Part shown: in pieces, positions 31,415 to 41,731 of the stretch
Layout: each line of letters begins with the position of its first letter
How positions within the stretch are numbered: position 1 is the stretch's first letter
Made by a program: the position numbers and the translations under genes
From: an uncultured delta proteobacterium
Lineage (GTDB): Bacteria; Desulfobacterota; WTBG01; CAIYCZ01; CAIRTM01
Assembly (NCBI GenBank): GCA_963804955.1
Contig: CAWDSQ010000001.1
Coordinates: 103,178-167,177 of the forward strand
Direction of reading: 5' to 3'
DNA: 64,000 nt
The notes under the pieces: generated by a model
What the model was told of the DNA's origin: nothing
Seen by the model: the letters and a program-made list of their open reading frames with translations, nothing else
The model's database searches: none

Positions 31415-33603
31415 ATGAAAAAAAGCATACAACTTTGCATCATTGCCGCCGCAACACTGGCGAGCCTCCTTGCATGCTTCTTCGCCCCGGCGCCAGCCCC
31501 GGCTGAGGAGTCAAGCTGCTTAACCTGCCACCTGTGCGGTCCCATGCTCGTCAAAAACCGCGGCGTGGCCACGCCCATAGTCTCGGCCATGCAGTCAGGG
31601 GCCGGCTGAGGCGGTGCCGTGGCTCAGTTGGAGCCGCACATAAAAGTGCTTGTTTCCCGGGAGTTTCTTGCCACCGCCCATGGTCAAATCGCGTGCGGAA
31701 CCTGCCACGGCGGCGACGCTGCCAGCATGAGCAAAGCAGCCGCTCACAAGGGGATGGATGCATTTCCCTCCATAACCAATCCGCAGAATACCTGCGGCGC
31801 CTGCAAGGACCCGAAAGCGGCACAGCACCGTGACATCGCCGCCTCGGCCAAAGATTCCCTGCACGCCAGCCTTGCCACCTTTACCGGGGTGCTCAAGAGC
31901 CGCGCGAATATGGAAAAATGGGAAACAATCGACGAGGCTCGCAAGAACCACTGCGCCGCCTGTCACACGAGCTGCGGCGGCTGTCATGTGAGCCGTCCCA
32001 AATCAGCGCAGAAGGGCTTTATTGCGGGGCATATCTTTAAAAAGACCCCCGATCAGGTCAATCAGTGCACCGCCTGCCACGGCAGCCGCGTGGGCTATGA
32101 ATTTTCAGGCCAGCGCGGCAGGGGTGATATCCATGCGTCACAAGAGAGTATGACCTGCTCCTCCTGCCACAAGGCAAAAGAGATGCATGCTGCGGCAGCC
32201 AAAGACCTGCCGGGCCGCTATCACCTGCCGGAGGCGGCGCGCTGCGATGATTGTCACAAAGATATGGAGAAAAAGGCCGTGCGGCAGCACGCCGATCATA
32301 TCGGCAAGGTGCAATGCCAGGTGTGCCATTCGCAGACGTATGTCAACTGCTACAGTTGCCATGTGGGCAAAGACAGCCAGAACACGGCCTATTTCCAGAA
32401 CCGTCTTGAAGTTGAAACCATGAAAATCGGGCTCAACTATGACGCTGCAGCTCCGGGCGCCGGCTACCGCTTCATGCTGGTGCGCCACGAGCCGTCGTAT
32501 CCGGAGATGTTCGATTTCTACGGCAAGGATCTCTTCACGAACTTCGGCAAGGTGCCCACCTGGAAGCGGACCTCGCCTCACAACATCCAGAAACTCACCT
32601 GGCAGGCCGCCAGCTGCAACCACTGCCACGCTAATCGCGAGCTGTTCCTTGCAAACGCCGATCTTGCAGACTATGAAATAGGCAGCAAACAAGGCGGTTG
32701 TTGTTCCCGACGCCGACATGCCGAAAGCGGTGCAAGACAGCAGCAAGCTTGACATCGACATATCCCGGGTCAGAACCGGCATGGTGGTTGACGCCCGGTG
32801 GCTGCATGACAACAGCAGGCAGAAGGATCTGGTCGTCATCGATGCCCGCAGCCGCGCTGCCTACGACAAGGGCCATATCGAAGGCGCCATTTCGCTGGAC
32901 CCCCTGGTGAGCGGCCTGCGCACCGGCCCCAAAGCGAAGAACCCCTTCTCGCTTGAAGACCATGCCAAGATTGCCGGCATTTTCGGCAGCAGGGGAATAG
33001 CAGCCGAAGATCATATCGTGGTGTATGACCAGAACGGCACCATGGCGGCAGGTCTGCTGTCTGTTCTGCAATGGGCCGGCGCTGCCAATGTCTCCTATTT
33101 GAACGGCGGCATTGAGGGGTGGCATCTGGCCGGCTTCCACACGAGCACTGAGCCGTATACCCGTGAAGCGCGCACCTTCGGAGGAACCGTCAGGCCGGAG
33201 CTGGTCGTCAGCAGCGCAGAGCTTACCGGGCTTCTGAAAAAGAACACGGTGGTGCTTATCGATACTCGCGCCATTGATCGGGCCAGGGGACTGACACAAC
33301 ATGAGCTGGCCGGCCGTGCAGGCGCTATTGCCGGATCGGTCAATATCCCGCTCGGGGCTTTCTACATGGAAAACGGCTTTTTGAAGCAGCCGGTCCGAGC
33401 TGCTGTGGATGCTAGCCACCTATGGCGTCACGCCGGACAAGACCGTCATCACCACCTGCGACACCGGCATTGCTGCCGCAGATGCCTTTTTCGTCCTTCG
33501 GTATCTTGGATTTTCCAACGCCCGGGTGCATGAAGAAGCCTGGGTGGTGTGGTCTAACACAGTGGATATGACGCCGCTTCAGTGCGGCAGTGGTATTTTT
33601 TAG
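31415..33603 (+). CDS. Predicted selenocysteine-containing multiheme cytochrome c fused to tandem rhodanese domains (UGA at 31607; apparent indels near 32681 and 33393)
   Basis: ORFs 31415 and 31619 share a frame and are separated only by TGA (SGAG-U-GGAV). Signal peptide; 10 CxxCH plus 1 CxxCK; rhodanese signatures YDKGHIEGA, LNGGIEGW and TTCDTGIAA. Confidence 0.75.
31610..31639 (+). promoter_or_regulatory. Candidate bacterial SECIS element
   Basis: Stem GUGGCUC/GAGCCGC with apical loop AGUUG, which follows a 16-nt spacer after the UGA; G then U at loop positions 2-3. Confidence 0.7.
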
Positions 33604-33631
33604 TATAGTAATTGATGTGTGCGTAATAAGT

Positions 33632-33727
33632 CGTCACCCCCGGTGAAAACCGGGGCACAGGGTAGGGGCACGAAGCATCGTGCCCCCCACATAAGAATCC
33701 TGGATACCGGCTTTCGCCGGTATGACG
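33632..33727. repeat. Palindromic REP-like element with a nested GTAG-type REP
   Basis: CGTCACCCCCGGTGAAAACCGGGG...GGATACCGGCTTTCGCCGGTATGACG; inner GTAGGGGCACGAAGCATCGTGCCCC (33662-33686). Confidence 0.6.
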
Positions 33728-33866
33728 AATTCGTTGAACTTTCGATTTTTTACGAGAGGGTCTTAAGTAATTGCAGTTGTAAGAATATGGATTCAATTAT
33801 ATAAACATATACATAATGTTACACCAATGCTCACTTGGGGAAAAGAATACTTTTCAGGAGATACCG

Positions 33867-35055
33867 ATGAAAACGAGCGTCGCAAAGACCGTGAGGACCA
33901 CCCCTTTAAAATTATTACCCTTTTTCCTGATCGCAAGCCTGTTTACTAGTGCTTCCTTCGGGGTGCTCGAAAGAGCAGAAGGCGCCGGCCCTGCCGCCGC
34001 CGGACGTTGAGGTTATCGATGTGGTGCAGAAAGATGTGCCCATCCAGTCCGAGTGGATCGGCACGATCGACGGCATGGTGAACGCCACTATCAGGGCGCA
34101 GGTATCGGGCTATCTCATCAAGCAGAATTACAAGGAAGGCTCGCTGGTAAAAAAAGATGATGTGCTGTTTGAAATAGACCCCCGGCCGTTTCAGGCTGCC
34201 TTTGACCAGGCGCAGGCCGAGCTTGCGCAGCGGCAGGCCCTCTGGGGCACGTCAAAGGCCAATCTTGCGCGCATCCGGCCTCTGGCAAAGAAAAATGCCG
34301 TGAGCCAGAAAGACCTCGACGATGCCGTGGGCGCTGAGCAGTCGCTGCAGGCCGGCGTTCTTGCGGCCAAAGCAGCTTTCGAAAAAGCGGCGCTTGATCT
34401 TGAATTTACAAAAATAAAATCACCCATCGACGGCATTGCAGGCCTTGCCGCCGCACAGATCGGCAACCTCGTGGGGCCGCAAACCGCCGACCTCACCACG
34501 GTTTCCACGGTTGACCCGGTGAAGGTCTATGTGGCGATCAGCGAGCAGGAATACATGCGGTTCATGCAGGATAGCGCCCCGCACAGAACCCCTGGCGCTG
34601 GACCTTGTGCTGTGCCGACGGCAGCCTGTTTCCGCATAAGGGGAAAGTCGCTTTTGCCGACCGGCAGGTTGATGTGAAGACCGGGTCGATTCGCGTTGCC
34701 ACCGAGTTTCCCAATCCCGGCAATGTGCTGCGGCCGGGCCAGTATGCGAAGGTCAGGGCGTCCGTCAAAACGCGCACCGGCGCGCTGCTGGTGCCGCAGC
34801 GGGCGGTTGCCGACATGCAGGGCAGCTATCAGCTGGCCGTCGTCGGCAAGGACAATAAGGTGAGCGTGCGTCGCCGTGAAGGTGGCCGAGCGCATCGGCT
34901 CGCTCTGGATCATCAGCGAAGGCCTGCAGCCCGGCGACCGCGTGATCGTGGAAGGCATTCAGAAGGTCAAGGACGGCATGACGGTTGTGCCGAAACTTTC
35001 AGGCGACAGCCCTGCACCAGCGCCGGCGCCTGCGCCGGCACCCGACAAGAGGTAG
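33867..35055 (+). CDS. RND efflux periplasmic adaptor (MFP); several frameshifts
   Basis: IRAQVSGYL, LFEIDPRPFQA, IKSPIDG, DRQVDVKTGSI, LRPGQYAKV, LLVPQRAV. Confidence 0.88.
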
Positions 35056-35061
35056 CCAGCC

Positions 35062-38000
35062 ATGTCAAAATTCTTCATCAATCGCCCTATTGTGGCCATG
35101 GTTATCTCGATCTTCATGGTCATCCTCGGCGCTGTGGCCATGTCGGGACTTCCCATCGCCCAGTTTCCCAACATTGTTCCGCCGGCTATCCAGGTGAATG
35201 CCGTCTACACCGGCGCCGACGCCGTCACCGTGGAGCAGTCGGTGGCTACCCCGATCGAGCAGCAGATGTCCGGCGTTGACAATCTGGACTACATGTACTC
35301 CGTCAATGCCAACGACGGTTCCATGACCCTCTATAACTACTTCGAACTGGGGACCAACGCCAACACCGACCAGATCCTCTCCCAGATGCGCCAGAACCAG
35401 GCGTCATCGCAACTGCCGGCCGATGTCAACAACTACGGTGTTACGGTGGCGAAATCGACCTCGGCGCCGTACCTCATGTTCGCTCTCTCTTCTCCCAACA
35501 ACACCTACGACAACGTCTTTCTGGCCAACTACTCCTACATCAACATCAACGACCAGATGACCCGCATCAAGGGGGTCGCCAGCGTCTCGGTCTTCGGCGC
35601 CGGCCAGTACGCCATGCGGTATCTGGGTCCGGCCGGACCAGCTTGCCAAGCTCAACATCACCATCCCGGAGATCATGAACGCGGTCAAGGCCCAGAATAC
35701 CGTCAACCCGGCCGGACAGGTCGGGAGCCAGCCGGTGCCGAAGGGGCAGGAGTTCACCTACACGGTTCGCGCCCAGGGGCGTCTGCAGAGCGAGGCCGAG
35801 TTCGGCAATATCGTGCTGCGGGCCAATCCGGACGGTTCCATCGTGCGGGTGAAGGACGTGGCCCGCATCGAGCTTGGGGCACAGAACTACAAACAGGAAG
35901 GGCGCCTCAACGGCAAGCCCTGCGCCCTGGTCGCCCTGTACCAGATGCCGGGAACCAACGCCATGGAATCGGCCAACGGCGCCAAGAAACTGATGGATGG
36001 AGTTGAAGAAGAGCTTCCCGCCTGACCTGGACTACACGGTGGCGCTGGACACCACCCTGGCGGTCTCCGAAGGGATAAAGGAAATCAAGAGCACCTTCTT
36101 CGAGGCGCTGATTCTGGTCATCCTGGTGGTCTTTATCTTCCTCCAGGGGTGGCGGGCCACGCTGATCCCGCTCCTGGCGGTGCCGGTGTCGCTGGTGGGA
36201 ACCTTCGCGCTCTTCCCGCTGCTCGGCTTTTCCATCAACACCCTCTCGCTTTTCGGGATGGTCCTTGCCATCGGCCTGGTCGTGGATGACGCCATTGTCG
36301 TGGTCGAGGCGGTGGAGCATCATATCGAAAAAGGCCTGAGCCCGAAGGATGCCACGTTCAAGGCCATGGAGGAGGTGTCCGGCCCGGTCATCGCCATCGC
36401 CATCATCCTGGCGGCGGTCTTCGTGCCGACGGCCTTCATCCCCGGCATTACCGGCCAGCTTTACCAGCAGTTCGCCGTGACCATCGCCGTCTCGGTCATC
36501 ATTTCGGCCTTCAACGCCCTCACCCTTTCTCCGGCGCTCTGTGCACTGCTGCTGAAGCCGAAGGTCAAGGGAACCGGCCCGCTGCAGAAGTTCTACGACT
36601 GGTTCAACCGGGTCTTCGGCCGGGCCACCGACGGCTACGTGTCAATCTGCGGCGCCGCCATCAGGAAAAGCAAGACCAGTCTGCTCCTGCTGCTCGGGGT
36701 GACCGTCCTGGCCGGGGTAGCGGGTAAGAGCCATTCCGACCGGCTTCCTCCCCGACGAGGACCAGGGCTTTATCTTCGCCAATATCCAGCTCCCCAATTC
36801 CGCTTCGCTGCAGCGGACCAGTGAAGTGGCCCGTCAGGCCGAAGAGATCATCATGAAAACCCCGGGCGTCCAGTACTGTTCGACGATTCTCGGCTACAGC
36901 CTGCTGAGCCAGGTCAGCTAACACCTACAGCGCCTTTTTCTTCATCTCCCTGAAAGAGTGGAAGGAGCGGAAAGCTCCGGAAGAGCAGTACGAGGCGATC
37001 AAGGCCTCCCTGACGAAAAAGATGGGCGGGCTGCCGGGCGCCATCGGCTTCCCGTTCCCGCCACCGGCCATCATGGGGATCGGCACCTCGGGCGGGGCCA
37101 CCTTCATGCTGCAGGACAAGGCCGGCAAGGATGTCGCCTTCCTGGCCGAGAACACGCAGAAATTCATCGAAGCGGCCAGGAAAAGGCCTGAACTGGCCCG
37201 GGTCACCACCACCTTCATCCCCACCGTGCCGCAGCTGTTCGTGGATGTGGACCGGGACAAGGTGCTGAAGCAGGGGGTTGAGATCAGCGACGTCTACAAG
37301 GTCCTGCAGAGCTTCATGGGGAGCGGTTTCATCAACTACTTCAACAAATTCGGCCGCCAGTGGCAGACCTATATCCAGGCCGAGGGGGACTACCGGACCA
37401 ATATCGAGAATATCGGCCAGTTCTATGTGCGCAACAAGGACGGGCAATCAGTGCCCCTCTCGGCGCTGACTTCGGTTCGCAGCATCACCGGCCCGGAATT
37501 CACCATGCGCTTCAACCTCTACCGCTCGGCCCAGATCAACGCCACCGCGGCCCCCGGCTTCAGTTCGGCCCAGGCCATGAAGGCGCTGGAAGAGACCTTT
37601 GCCCAGACCATGCCGCGGGAGATGGGGTACGACTACAGCGGCATGTCGTTCCAGGAGAAGAAGGCCCAGAAGGGGGTCTCGCCGATGGCGATCTTCGCCT
37701 TCTCGTTCCTGTGCGTCTTCCTGATCCTGGCGGCCCAGTACGAAAGCTGGTCGCTGCCGTTCTCGGTCCTGCTGGGAACGCCGGTGGCCGTGGCCGGAGC
37801 CTTCGCCGGCCTGCTCTTCGGAAAATTCGAGAACAACATCTACGCCCAGATCGGTCTGGTCATGCTGATCGGCCTGGCGGCCAAGAACGCCATCCTCATC
37901 GTCGAATTCGCCAAGATGGAGTATGAGAAGGGCAAACCGCTGGTGGAAGCGACCCTGGAGGGCGCCAGGCTGCGCTTGCGGCCGATCCTGATGACCTCCT

Positions 38001-38203
38001 TCGCCTTCATCCTCGGCTGCGTGCCGCTGGCCATCGCCAGCGGGGCCGGCGCCATCTCGCGGCAGGTCATGGGGTACACCGTCATCTTCGGGATGCTGGC
38101 CGCCTCCTTCATCGCCATCTTCCTGATACCGGTTACCTATTATGTCGTGGAGAAGCTGTCTCACGGTGGCGCAAAGGCAAAAACAGAAGCGGAGGTAGTG
38201 TAA
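35062..38203 (+). CDS. HAE1-family RND permease (AcrB-like); frameshifts near 35620, 36000, 36730, 36918
   Basis: MSKFFINRPIVAMV, LAIGLVVDDAIVVVE, GLAAKNAILIVEF, LRLRPILMTSFAFILG. Confidence 0.92.
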
Positions 38204-38204
38204 T

Positions 38205-39785
38205 ATGCTGAGACGAATGTTATATTTGCTTCGAGGTCACTATCTCGCGGCTTTCTGCGCATCCCGTCATTCCGGCGAAAGCCGGAATCCAGAAAACAAG
38301 CTGTCTGGATGCCGGATCAAGTCCGGCATGACGAAACAGCTTCAATTCCTCGGAGCTTTTGGCGGTGCGATCTGTTTGGTTATTGTTGTTTCCGGCTGCG
38401 CCATCGGCCCTGATTATTTGCGGCCGAAGGTTGATGTGCCGCAGGCATGGATTACCAAAGATGGCGTTTCACCGGATGTTATCAATACGGCCTGGTGGAA
38501 GCAGTTTCAGGACCCCGTGCTTGACGGACTCATCGAGACCGCGCTGCGCGAAAACAAAGACCTGCTCATCGCGGCGGCCCGGGTTGAAGAGTTCCTGGGG
38601 CTCTATGCCGAAACGCGCTCAGCCCTGTTTCCGCAGATCGGCGCAGGCGCAGCAGGCGGCAGGCAGCGGGTGACGAAAGAAACCCCCAATGACCTTTCCC
38701 CCGGTACGCGCACGGCCTTTAATAACTATACCGCCATACTCAATGCCAGCTGGGAGCTTGATATCTGGGGCCGCATCCGCCGCTCCACCGAAGCGGCGCG
38801 GGCCGATCTTGTGGCCACAGAGGAGGGCAGGAGAACGGTTGTTTTGAGCCTTGTCGCGGCAGTGGCAACCACCTATATCGATCTGCGCTCCCTTGACCGG
38901 CAGCTTGAAATAGCCATCGACACCGCAGCCTCCCGCAAGGCAAGCTATGAGCTTTTCCAAATGCGCTTTCAGGGCGGCATCATATCGGACCTGCAGCTCT
39001 CGCAGGTGCTGTCGCAGTATGAAGAATCCCTGGCGGTTATTCCCTCTATCGAAAAAAGCATAGCTTTCACCGAGCATAGCCTGAGCCTGCTTCTCGGTCG
39101 CAATCCCGGGGCCATTACCCGGGGCCGGACAATAGCCAAGCTTGCGCTGCCTGAGGTTCCCGAAGGCCTTCCTTCAACGCTTCTCGAACGGCGGCCTGAT
39201 ATCCTGCAGGCCGAGCAGAACCTCGTTGCAGCAAATGCCCGCATCGGCGTTGCCCGTTCACTGTATTTTCCGACCATATCGCTGACAGGGTACCGGGGGT
39301 CTGAAAGCTCCCATCTGTCTGACCTGTTTTCCGGGCCTGCGCGTATCTGGAGCTATGCAGGGCAGGCGACCATGCCCATTTTTACCGCCGGCAGGATCGC
39401 AGGGATTGTGCGGGCTTCGGAAGCCGTGCGGCAGCAGGCGCTTTTGCAGTATGAGCAGGCGATCCAAAACGCCTTTCGCGATGTTGAAGACAGCCTTATC
39501 GACCGCATGAAATCAGGCGAGCGCCTTGATGCGCAGGCTCGCCAGCTTGATGCGCTGCGCACCTATGCCCGCGTTGCCCGCGAGCGCTTTGATGAAGGCT
39601 ATACCAGCTATATTGAAGTGCTTGACGCCGAGCGGTCGTTGTTTAATGTGGAGCTTGACTATACGCAAACGCAGGCCGTGCTGCTCACATCACTGGTCAA
39701 TATGTACAAAGCCATGGGCGGCGGATGGGTCAGTGAGGCTGACAGCATGACGGCAGCAGGATCTGCGGAGGGCGATAAAAAATAA
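38205..39785 (+). CDS. NodT/OprM-family outer-membrane efflux lipoprotein
   Basis: Lipobox VSGC then AIGPDY; WWKQFQDPVLD; SWELDIWGR; LLERRPDI; MYKAMGGGW. Start either 38205 or 38328. Confidence 0.92.
   Translation: MLRRMLYLLRGHYLAAFCASRHSGESRNPENKLSGCRIKSGMTKQLQFLGAFGGAICLVIVVSGCAIGPDYLRPKVDVPQAWITKDGVSPDVINTAWWKQFQDPVLDGLIETALRENKDLLIAAARVEEFLGLYAETRSALFPQIGAGAAGGRQRVTKETPNDLSPGTRTAFNNYTAILNASWELDIWGRIRRSTEAARADLVATEEGRRTVVLSLVAAVATTYIDLRSLDRQLEIAIDTAASRKASYELFQMRFQGGIISDLQLSQVLSQYEESLAVIPSIEKSIAFTEHSLSLLLGRNPGAITRGRTIAKLALPEVPEGLPSTLLERRPDILQAEQNLVAANARIGVARSLYFPTISLTGYRGSESSHLSDLFSGPARIWSYAGQATMPIFTAGRIAGIVRASEAVRQQALLQYEQAIQNAFRDVEDSLIDRMKSGERLDAQARQLDALRTYARVARERFDEGYTSYIEVLDAERSLFNVELDYTQTQAVLLTSLVNMYKAMGGGWVSEADSMTAAGSAEGDKK
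38265..38333. repeat. Palindromic REP-like element lying in frame within the 5' end of the outer-membrane factor gene
   Basis: CGTCATTCCGGCGAAAGCCGGAATCCAG...CTGGATGCCGGATCAAGTCCGGCATGACG; same family as 33632-33727. Confidence 0.7.
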
Positions 39786-39956
39786 AGCGCCTGGAACAAT
39801 CAAAACAGATTTTTCAGCCAGCGGCCTCGCAGGCACTATAAGACCCCTTTTCTATGGGTAGTTCCAAGGTCTGCTGTGCCGCGGGAGACTGTTTAGCTTC
39901 TGGCGGGGTAGCTAAACGATGCCCGGCTATAAACACCTGTGGAAAGGAAAACAGCA

Positions 39957-40313
39957 ATGGCTTGTGAAATTACACGAATCGATGGCGAAGTCATTTGTAT
40001 CAGACTCACGGGCATCATGAAATCAACCGACCAGCAGTCAATGCAGGATGCCGGCAAAAAGCTGATCGACCAGGGCATCAAGCCGAGGCTTCTGGTCACC
40101 TTTCATGCTTTTGAGGGCTGGGAGAAGGGCGCTGACTGGGGCGATGTCGGATTTATGCTGACTGCAGGCAAAAACATCACCAAAATAGCCCTTGTTGGCG
40201 ATGAGCAATGGAAGGATGATGCCTTTGCCTTTGTCGGCAAGGGGCTCAGGCCGACGGAGATCGAGTTTTTTGCCCCCGCGGCAAAGGACGCCGAGACATG
40301 GGTGCGGTCATAA
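39957..40313 (+). CDS. STAS/SEC14 (SpoIIAA-like) protein
   Basis: RLLVTFHAFEGWE...KIALVGDEQWK...IEFFAP...AETWV. Confidence 0.8.
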   Translation: MACEITRIDGEVICIRLTGIMKSTDQQSMQDAGKKLIDQGIKPRLLVTFHAFEGWEKGADWGDVGFMLTAGKNITKIALVGDEQWKDDAFAFVGKGLRPTEIEFFAPAAKDAETWVRS

Positions 40314-40361
40314 ACACAATTTAAAGCCTAAAAAAATGCTAAAATTCTTGAGGAGAGAAAA

Positions 40362-41599
40362 ATGAGCAAAGAGGCAATTGCGTATAATTGTTTTGCTGTA
40401 CATGGCGCTGCATGTTTCGGCCTTGAGCGCCAGGGCTCAGCTTCCTGAGTATCAGCAGCCGCCGATCATGCTGAAGAGCGCGGATTTCTGCCGCGACGCT
40501 CCTGAAGGGGTTTGGCAGGATTGCCGGCCGAGCGGAAAACGACGGACTGGTGAACAGGTATCTCGTCACCTGTTCCGACGGCGCGCCAGCATAGAAAGCA
40601 CGGAGGCTGTGCTGATCTATCCAGGAGCGGGAGGCGCTGAACAATATAGAGAAGATCTCTAAAACCGACGAGTTTAAAGAGGCGTTTAAAAAAGCCGGCC
40701 TGGGGCCCTATCACACAGCCAAGGGCCTGGTGACCGAGCCTGTGGATACGGTGAAAAAAATCGGCACCGGCATAGGCCGCTGGTTCAGTGATGTGGGCAG
40801 CTCGATTGCCAGCAAGGACCCGAATCAACCCGGTGTCGCCAAGACGGCGCTGGGGCAGGCTGCGGCAAAGCGCATGTTCGCGTACCGGCTCAACGTGAAC
40901 CCCTATACGGACAACAGGCAGCTGCAGGACAAGCTCGACAGCCTGGCTTGGGTGGCTTTTTCCGGTGGTTTGACGGTGAAAGTCGCTTTTGCCGCCATTC
41001 CCAATGTGCCGGGCACGGTGATAAGCTTTTCAAGCACCTCTGATTCTATGAAACAAAAGGTGCGCGATAAGTCGCCTGCCGAGCTGCATGACAGTAACAA
41101 AAAAGCCCTGCAGAATATGGGGATAACGCCGCAACTGGCTGATGAATTCCTCAATAATTATGTGTTTGACCCCTATGAAAAGACTTTGATCACCGGGGCG
41201 CTTGAGAGCATGCCGGGGGTGGAGAACCGCGCTTTTTTTATATGGAATACAATAGGCATCACCGATCCGTCGGTGTCCCTTTTTGTGCGTTTGCAGGTTG
41301 AATATATGGCCGCCTATGCTGCACGCCATACTGATATGGTCTCCCTGGTCGATGTCTGCGGCAAAACATTTTTTAAAAGTAAAGACAATATCGTAGTGGG
41401 CATTTTCCCGCTTGATTATGTCGCCTGGACGCAGAATCTTGATGAAAAGGAGCGCATGATTTCCCGTGCCATCGGCACGATACAAGGCGTTACGGGTAAA
41501 AAGCTCATAGTCTACGGTACCATCGACCCGCAGGCGCGTCAGGTGCTGGAGCAGCGCGGCTGGAGCATTATGGAAGAGAAGCCGACCGGTGCACTGTAG
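40362..41599 (+). CDS. Exported hypothetical protein; N-terminal part frameshifted
   Basis: RBS GAGGAG before ATG 40362; signal-like segment; intact C-terminal ORF 40730-41599 (AKRMFAYRLNVNPYTDN...FPLDYVAWT). Confidence 0.65.
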
Positions 41600-41628
41600 C
41601 ACGTGAACGCTCATCCGGCAAAAGCAGT

Positions 41629-41700
41629 GCGCCGGAAGGGGATAATAACCCCCGCTCCTTCCTTTGAAGAAACCCTCTAAAAAGGTTTCTAAAAAAGCTT
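41629..41700 (+). pseudogene. Relic of the 3' end of a second DUF2092 gene
   Basis: Reads APEG...PLLPLKKPSKK versus APEKVEKIPLLPVKKRSKK at the end of 43085-43852, in the same position relative to the next gene. Confidence 0.45.
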
Positions 41701-41731
41701 CGCCTCTTTTTTTACATGCCAGGGGACAGCC

